Positions 58,375 through 64,000 of a DNA stretch of 64,000 bases are shown piece by piece (position 1 is the first letter of the stretch; every line of letters begins with the position of its first letter). A program made the position numbers and the translations under genes. Below the pieces are notes generated by a model. The model made no database searches, was not told the origin of the DNA, and saw only the letters and a list, made by a program, of their open reading frames with translations. Origin of the DNA: an uncultured Mageeibacillus sp. (GTDB lineage Bacteria; Bacillota; Clostridia; Saccharofermentanales; UBA5734); contig CAZGSR010000008.1 of assembly GCA_964528645.1 (NCBI GenBank), positions 1,024 through 65,023 of the forward strand, given 5' to 3'.

Positions 58375-59466
58375 TTACTGCCTGCTCAGTTTGGCTTCAT
58401 ACAAGTCGAGCAGGATATCCAGAGCCCTGCGTCCTTCTTCCAGGCCGATCGCAAAGGGCTGCTCCTTAAGGATTTTCTGGTAAAAGTCAGCGATCAGCAG
58501 GGCATGGCTTTTGCCCCAGTAGGATTTGCCAGCAGGGATGAACTGGTCCACTGCTTCAGAAACGGCATCCTCCCCCGTTTTGACAATTTGGTCAAAAGGT
58601 TCGAGCAGATTGCCCGATCGGTCCAGGACAGTCAGGCGATCCGAGCCTTCCAGGCGCACCATGGCCCGCTCACAGACAATTTCCAGAAAGGGTTCTGAAC
58701 TGGCAGGATAGGCATTGGTGGCATAGAACACACCCGAGGCACCAGATGCAAAACGAAGAAGCAGACTGGCGGTATCTTCGACTTCGATCACGTCTTCTAA
58801 ATGATCGTTGTACAAATGGCCTTTGACTGAAACGACCGGTTCAGCGACGAGCCAGAGCAGCAAATCCAGGGTGTGGATGGCCTGGTTGATCATCAGGCCG
58901 CCGCCTTCGGTCGCCCAGCGTCCCCTCCAGGGGCTTTGCAGGTAATACTGGTCATCCCGCCACCAGGTGAGAAAGCCACGAGCTGCCAGAACAGGACCGA
59001 ACGTCTTGGCTGCCAGAAGCTGGCGGGCCTGCCTGGCTGCAAAGTTGTACCGGTTTTGCAGGCAGACACCGAATTGCCGGCCAGACTTCTGGACAGCTTC
59101 GGCCAGAATTTCCAGGTCAGCCTTTTGGGTAGCAGCTGGTTTTTCCAGCAACACATGGCACCCTGCCTGCAAAGCCTGGCAAGCCAGCTGAACATGGGTA
59201 TGGTGCGGGGTCAGGATGTGGACAACATCCGGGTGGATGGTGGCGATCAGCTCATCTTGCGTCGTGAAGATGGCAGGTTCACCCTGTCCTGACAATTCAG
59301 CTGCCTGCCTGGACAGAGCCCGTGCTGCATCGAGATCCGGATCCGCCAATCCGACCAGTTGAACGGCCTCACACTGGGCCAGAAGGCCGATGAGGTGAAG
59401 GGGCGCGATGGTCCCGCAGCCGACAAAGGCGACCCGGATCGTCTGGTTCTGCAGGCCGCTCATCAC
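58375..59466 (-). CDS. Gfo/Idh/MocA-family oxidoreductase
   Basis: VGCGTIA, HVLLEKP, GGGLMINQAIH. Confidence 0.9.
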   Translation of the reverse strand: MMSGLQNQTIRVAFVGCGTIAPLHLIGLLAQCEAVQLVGLADPDLDAARALSRQAAELSGQGEPAIFTTQDELIATIHPDVVHILTPHHTHVQLACQALQAGCHVLLEKPAATQKADLEILAEAVQKSGRQFGVCLQNRYNFAARQARQLLAAKTFGPVLAARGFLTWWRDDQYYLQSPWRGRWATEGGGLMINQAIHTLDLLLWLVAEPVVSVKGHLYNDHLEDVIEVEDTASLLLRFASGASGVFYATNAYPASSEPFLEIVCERAMVRLEGSDRLTVLDRSGNLLEPFDQIVKTGEDAVSEAVDQFIPAGKSYWGKSHALLIADFYQKILKEQPFAIGLEEGRRALDILLDLYEAKLSRQ

Positions 59467-60344
59467 AGGACCTGGTTCTGCTGGGCAGCGAGGGTGCGGA
59501 AAGCAGAAATTCCGGCAGCAAAAGCTGTCAGTGCATCTGGGTAATCGCCCCCGACACCAACGTCCTGGCCACTGCCCGGATCACCCGTCATGTGGATTTC
59601 CAAGGTTTTCAAACTCGCAAACTCAAACAAATGCGGCTCGATGGCGATCGACTGCCGGCCAGGCTTGGCAAGAAACAGCTTCAGGATCTCGGCGATCTGG
59701 CCGTCGCCCTGACCGGCAGCAACGATGTGGCCATCGGTGTGGCGGCAATCCTTGATGTGCAGGTATTCGATCCAGGAATCCAGGTCCTTGAAAGCTTGGA
59801 GGGGGTCACTGCCAACCTGGACATAATTGGCCGGATCAAGAATCGCCCCGAGCTTGTTCTGGAATGTCTGGTGAATGTCGACACACCGTTCGAGAACATC
59901 TCCGTAGATATCTTTTTCATTTTCGTGGAACAGTCGGACACCTTCGGCATCGGCCACTTCGATCAGACGCTCCAGACGCAACATGACTTCATCACGGTAC
60001 TCAGCAGAACGACCGGCTGGAACATAGAAACTGAAAATCCTCAGACGCTGGCAGTCCAGAGCATGGGCTGTCTGGCTCAGACGCTTCAGGCGCTCCAACT
60101 CTGGTGCCAAGGGACTGTCAATCTGGACTTTCCCCAAGGGTGTGGCCAGGCAATTGACCTTGAGCGACGCCTGGTCGAGCGCGGTCTTGACGCGGGCGGT
60201 CATGGTTGAATCGAAATCCGCCACGTTGATCGAGTCAACGGTGCGCAGTTCAATCCCCGGTACACGGTTGGCTATGAGGGCCGCAATCTGGCCTTCGAGA
60301 TCTTGGGCTGCTTCATCGGCAAAAGCAGAAAGTAGGATAGACAT
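59463..60344 (-). CDS. Sugar-phosphate isomerase/epimerase (xylose-isomerase-like TIM barrel)
   Basis: LFHENE, DPANYV, HIKD, IEPH metal ligands. Confidence 0.85.
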   Translation of the reverse strand: MSILLSAFADEAAQDLEGQIAALIANRVPGIELRTVDSINVADFDSTMTARVKTALDQASLKVNCLATPLGKVQIDSPLAPELERLKRLSQTAHALDCQRLRIFSFYVPAGRSAEYRDEVMLRLERLIEVADAEGVRLFHENEKDIYGDVLERCVDIHQTFQNKLGAILDPANYVQVGSDPLQAFKDLDSWIEYLHIKDCRHTDGHIVAAGQGDGQIAEILKLFLAKPGRQSIAIEPHLFEFASLKTLEIHMTGDPGSGQDVGVGGDYPDALTAFAAGISAFRTLAAQQNQVL

Positions 60345-60652
60345 TGTTACACCTCGTTTGCTGTTATGACTTCTATTTTGACTCTGGTCATGCTGGAATG
60401 ACCTTTCTGAAGTTGCCTAAAACATGGCAATAATTGCTCCGAATTGATTGGGAAGGGACTGCCTGGCCAAAAACCTCTGCTAAGGCTCCGGCCAGGCAAT
60501 CCCTTAGATCCGTAGATCTGTTTGTATTGAAGATAAATCAAACCAAGGATTTCACCTAAGCTGCAGACGACTGATGATGGTTTGGGGGATCAATTATTTC
60601 GCAGCTGCTGCAATGATTTCGTCGCCACGCTTGGTCAGGCCAGCAATCGACC

Positions 60653-61927
60653 TCAGGCGTTGAATTTTTTCTTATCCGCCCAGAGGCCAATCGCCGGGTT
60701 GGAGATGTAGAAAATCTCCTCACCGTCCGGCAAGGTGTTCCAGCCATCCTTGAGTTCGGCTGGATTGTAGCGGGCTAGAGCGTCTGACAGCTGCATGTAG
60801 TTGAAATTGACCCCTTCGACTTCTTCCCTGGTCAAGTTCTCGACCGCATACGTGATCGAGAACCGGCCATCGGACGAGCCATGAATCAGATGGGCAGCTG
60901 CAGACAAATTCTCCTGCAGGTCTTCGTTTTGTTTGTAGGCTTCGAGGACTTTCATCCGGCCGACATAGCCATATTTGCGGATCAACAGATCGATGCCTGA
61001 ATCTTCGCCGAATTTGCGCACGCCTGGGGCCAGAATGATCAGTTCACCGTCATCGGCAATCGCCATCCGAGTCCGGTAGACGGACTTGTTGCCCAGCCAG
61101 GTGCTCTTGAACTCGCGCTCATCCAGGTAAACGACCACTTTTTTCGGGGCCCGGTCGAGAAAAATCAAGTTCCGTTGTTGGCTTTGTTCCAGAGCGTTTT
61201 CAAACAGGAATCGTTCGCGACCGATGTACAGACCCTCAAGGTTGACCTCGCCTGCGTCGACAGTCGTGACCGTCAGGATGTACATCAGGGGCATGTTCTT
61301 GATGAAATGGGTTTCGGCATAGTCGAACACTTTTCGAACTGGGGAAAAATCTTTGCCCATGACACGTTCCATGCCATAGACGGCTCCCAGGAAATGAGAG
61401 CGGTTGATGATCGTCTTGCCACCACAGCCAACAAACACATTTTTGCTGTAATTGGCCATGCCGACGACTTCGTGCGGCACAACCTGGCCAACCGAGATGA
61501 CCAGGTCATAACTGGGGTCGAGCAAGAGCTTGTTGACTTCGACATCGATCGGAAAATCGATCAGACCTTCGCTGACGTCGCGGACGAAATCTGCCGGTAC
61601 CGTGCCGATGTTCACAACATCATCTTTCCAGCGGTGCGGGATAATGGCCGAATAAGGCACTTGCGAGCCAAAAAATTCCAGGCATTCAGCTTCGGTCATT
61701 GGGTCATGAGTACCGAGGGCCGGCATGATGTCAACCTGGCAGGTCTCTTTGAGCAACTCGTAGTACAGCGCTGTGATTTTTCCGGCATAAGAATGCAGGC
61801 GGGTCATGTCCGGTGGCAGAAGCAGGACTTTTTTCAAATTCTGACCCTCGATCGCTTTGGCCAGCGCTTCCAGCAGCTGTTCATCGGAGATGCGCTTGTC
61901 GGTGGCGCGGATCGATACATTGACCAT
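60653..61927 (-). CDS. LarA-superfamily (nickel-pincer) hydroxyacid racemase/epimerase, candidate gluconate 2-epimerase
   Basis: PPDMTR, ALGTH, VVPHEVVGMANYSK and NRSH: the His/His/Lys/His set expected for LarA homologs. Confidence 0.8.
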   Translation of the reverse strand: MVNVSIRATDKRISDEQLLEALAKAIEGQNLKKVLLLPPDMTRLHSYAGKITALYYELLKETCQVDIMPALGTHDPMTEAECLEFFGSQVPYSAIIPHRWKDDVVNIGTVPADFVRDVSEGLIDFPIDVEVNKLLLDPSYDLVISVGQVVPHEVVGMANYSKNVFVGCGGKTIINRSHFLGAVYGMERVMGKDFSPVRKVFDYAETHFIKNMPLMYILTVTTVDAGEVNLEGLYIGRERFLFENALEQSQQRNLIFLDRAPKKVVVYLDEREFKSTWLGNKSVYRTRMAIADDGELIILAPGVRKFGEDSGIDLLIRKYGYVGRMKVLEAYKQNEDLQENLSAAAHLIHGSSDGRFSITYAVENLTREEVEGVNFNYMQLSDALARYNPAELKDGWNTLPDGEEIFYISNPAIGLWADKKKFNA

Positions 61928-61986
61928 GGAGGTCACCTCTCTCTGTTCGATTTGATCATTTTCCGATCCAGTTCTGCGCGAACGGA

Positions 61987-63390
61987 TCAGAACCACTGGG
62001 TGTGGAATGTGCCTTCTTTGTCCACGCGCTGGTAGGTATGGGCACCGAAATAGTCGCGCTGGGCCTGGAGCAGGTTAGCGGGCAAGGTCGCGGTGCGATA
62101 GCTGTCAAAGTAGGACAAGGCGCTGGAGAATGCAGGGACAGCTACACCGTTGATGGCTGCCGTGGCGACAACCTCACGCCAAGCGACCTGGTACTGTTCA
62201 AGGGTGTTCTTGAAATAGGGTGCCAGCATCAGATTCTTCAGATCCGGATCAACCGCAAAAGCATCTTTGATCTGGTGCAGGAACTGGGCCCGGATGATGC
62301 AGCCACCACGGAAAATCATGGCGATGTTGCCGAGCTTGAGATCCCAGCCGTATTCCTCGGAAGCTGTTTTCATCAGGGAGAAGCCCTGGGCATAGGAACA
62401 GATCTTGCTGGCGTACAGGGCCTTGCGCACGGCCTCGATGAAAGCGGTGCGGTCACCAGTGAACGTCACGCCAGGGCCCTGGATCTGGCTGCTGGCTGCA
62501 ACGCGTTCCGGCTTCAGGGCTGACATGCAGCGGGCAAAGACAGCTTCAGCGATCGTCGGAGCTGCCACACCGAGGTCAAGTGCATTTTGGCTGGTCCACT
62601 TGCCGGTGCCTTTCTGACCGGCAGCGTCCTTGATGATATCGACGACGGGCTTGCCGGTTTCCGGATCTATTTTGGTGAAGATATCGGCGGTAATTTCGAT
62701 CAGGTAACTGTCGAGTTCGCCTTTGTTCCAGTCGGCAAAGACTTCGTGCAGCTCTGCGGCGGAAAGACCTAGGATTTCCTTGAGGAGGAAATAGGCCTCC
62801 GTGATCAGCTGCATGTCGCCATATTCGATGCCGTTGTGGACCATTTTGACATAATGGCCAGCGCCATCAGCACCAATGTAGGTGCTGCAGGGTTCGCCAT
62901 CCACCTTGGCGGCGATGGCGTTGAAGATCGGAGCAATCAGCTCATAAGCATCCGGCTGGCCGCCCGGCATCAGCGCCGGACCCTTACGGGCGCCCTCCTC
63001 GCCACCGGACACACCGGAGCCGATGTAGCGGAAACCTTCGGCTTCGAGTTCACGGTTGCGGCGGACGGTGTCCTTGAAGAAGGAGTTGCCACCTTCGATC
63101 AGGATGTCACCCTTGTCGAGATACGGCTTGAGAGAGGCGATCATGTCATCGACCGGCTTGCCGTCTTTGATCATCATCATGATCCGGCGCGGGGTTTCCA
63201 GAGAGCTGACAAATTCTTCGATGCTCTTGGCTCCGATGATGTTTTCACCTTGCAGACCGTTGATGAATTCGTCTACGCGGTCGGTCCAGGGATCGTAGAC
63301 CGAGACGCTGAACCCGTGGTTTTCGATGTTGAGGGCCAGGTTCTTGCCCATGACACCCAGGCCAATCATGCCAATATGTTGCTTACTCAT
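61987..63390 (-). CDS. gnd: NADP-dependent 6-phosphogluconate dehydrogenase
   Basis: [41 protein letters not shown]. Confidence 0.96.
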   Translation of the reverse strand: MSKQHIGMIGLGVMGKNLALNIENHGFSVSVYDPWTDRVDEFINGLQGENIIGAKSIEEFVSSLETPRRIMMMIKDGKPVDDMIASLKPYLDKGDILIEGGNSFFKDTVRRNRELEAEGFRYIGSGVSGGEEGARKGPALMPGGQPDAYELIAPIFNAIAAKVDGEPCSTYIGADGAGHYVKMVHNGIEYGDMQLITEAYFLLKEILGLSAAELHEVFADWNKGELDSYLIEITADIFTKIDPETGKPVVDIIKDAAGQKGTGKWTSQNALDLGVAAPTIAEAVFARCMSALKPERVAASSQIQGPGVTFTGDRTAFIEAVRKALYASKICSYAQGFSLMKTASEEYGWDLKLGNIAMIFRGGCIIRAQFLHQIKDAFAVDPDLKNLMLAPYFKNTLEQYQVAWREVVATAAINGVAVPAFSSALSYFDSYRTATLPANLLQAQRDYFGAHTYQRVDKEGTFHTQWF

Positions 63391-63473
63391 AGGAATCTCC
63401 AATCTTTGTATGTGGTTGCTTGTCTAAAGATTAGCAAACCCGCCAAATTCTGACCGTCGATTTGTTACAGTTC

Positions 63474-64000
63474 TCACGTCTCCCACGGGGGATTGACTGG
63501 CAGATAGGTCTTGAATTCTGCGATCAGGGCGTCCTGATAGTCGCCGGCGAAGGTGCCATCGATGAATTTGTCAAAGGCCTCGTTATGGAAGCGGGCCCAG
63601 GAAGCATCTTCGGAACCGGGGTTGATCGGGTAGAACAACACCCCATTGGCTTTGGCTGCTTCGAGATCACCCATGGCGTCACCGACCATGATCACTTTTT
63701 CTGGATCATAGCGACCGGACATAGCGAGGCGGATCTGCTCTTTCTTGGTGCCGACTTCCTGGCCGGCCACAACAGTCATGTACTCGATCAGGCCATGTTC
63801 TGTCCATTCGCGCTGCAGGGCTTCGGCTGGTGTGGCTGAAACGACGACCATTTCAGCCTGGGCTGCCCCTTTGGCCAGGGACTCGCGGACCAGCGGGAAC
63901 GGCGGGACACCATGGACGATCTCTTCGACGCTCTTGTTGGCCGGAATGGAGTAGCGCATGGCTTGCTTCAGGGATGGATCGCCGGTTTTCTCAATCGCTG
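63474..64000 (-). CDS. HAD-superfamily hydrolase, paralog of 48860-49750 (5' end beyond the window)
   Basis: IVHGVPPFPLVRESLAK...REWTEHGL...MVGDAMGD closely matches the other HAD protein. Confidence 0.85.
   Translation of the reverse strand, partial: AIEKTGDPSLKQAMRYSIPANKSVEEIVHGVPPFPLVRESLAKGAAQAEMVVVSATPAEALQREWTEHGLIEYMTVVAGQEVGTKKEQIRLAMSGRYDPEKVIMVGDAMGDLEAAKANGVLFYPINPGSEDASWARFHNEAFDKFIDGTFAGDYQDALIAEFKTYLPVNPPWET

Noticed and set aside
60594-60650. Coding-like stretch (…SIAGLTKRGDEIIAAAAK*) after the LarA-family stop
   Set aside because: It might be the 3' remnant of a deleted gene, but it has no start codon, is about 20 codons long, and I cannot assign it; chance cannot be excluded.
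1-64000. CRISPR array, tRNA or rRNA genes
   Set aside because: No regularly spaced identical repeats with unique spacers and no cloverleaf/rRNA signatures in any intergenic region read.

Overview
Chromosomal window from an anaerobic Firmicute-like bacterium, inferred from gene content and TTGACA/TATAAT promoters (Clostridia-type, moderately high GC). 1-11 kb is an accessory island: a tyrosine integrase and XRE repressor with a prophage/ICE-type operator-promoter switch that points into a 5'-truncated WapA-like Rhs toxin gene, its AT-rich immunity gene, a toxin-less second Rhs core copy, a 3'-truncated ComEC-like nuclease and an AbrB-Doc toxin-antitoxin pair. Then come adhE with a long terminator-containing leader, and a C-P lyase/phosphonate operon (phnKM-acetyltransferase-phnL-PHP, phnDCEE, GT2). 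Its phnGHI genes are absent, and the C-terminal 182 aa of PhnJ are fused in frame to a ~1960-aa repeat surface protein that appears to be under a LytTR/GHKL two-component system. The middle carries a zinc-ribbon gene with a structured leader, a ferredoxin-DUF1858-DUF2249-SBP fusion plus hcp behind a Crp/Fnr-type site, and transporters. The last 17 kb is a hexuronate catabolism cluster (uxaC, uxuAB, kdgK, eda, gnd, LarA-family epimerase, two HAD paralogs) with a recurring 21-bp-period motif suggesting an AraC activator regulon. Several abrupt gene-to-gene junctions (~1.9 kb, 8165, 9556, 25844) could be real rearrangements or assembly chimeras. No tRNA, rRNA or CRISPR array was seen. Family assignments come from recognised motifs, not database searches.
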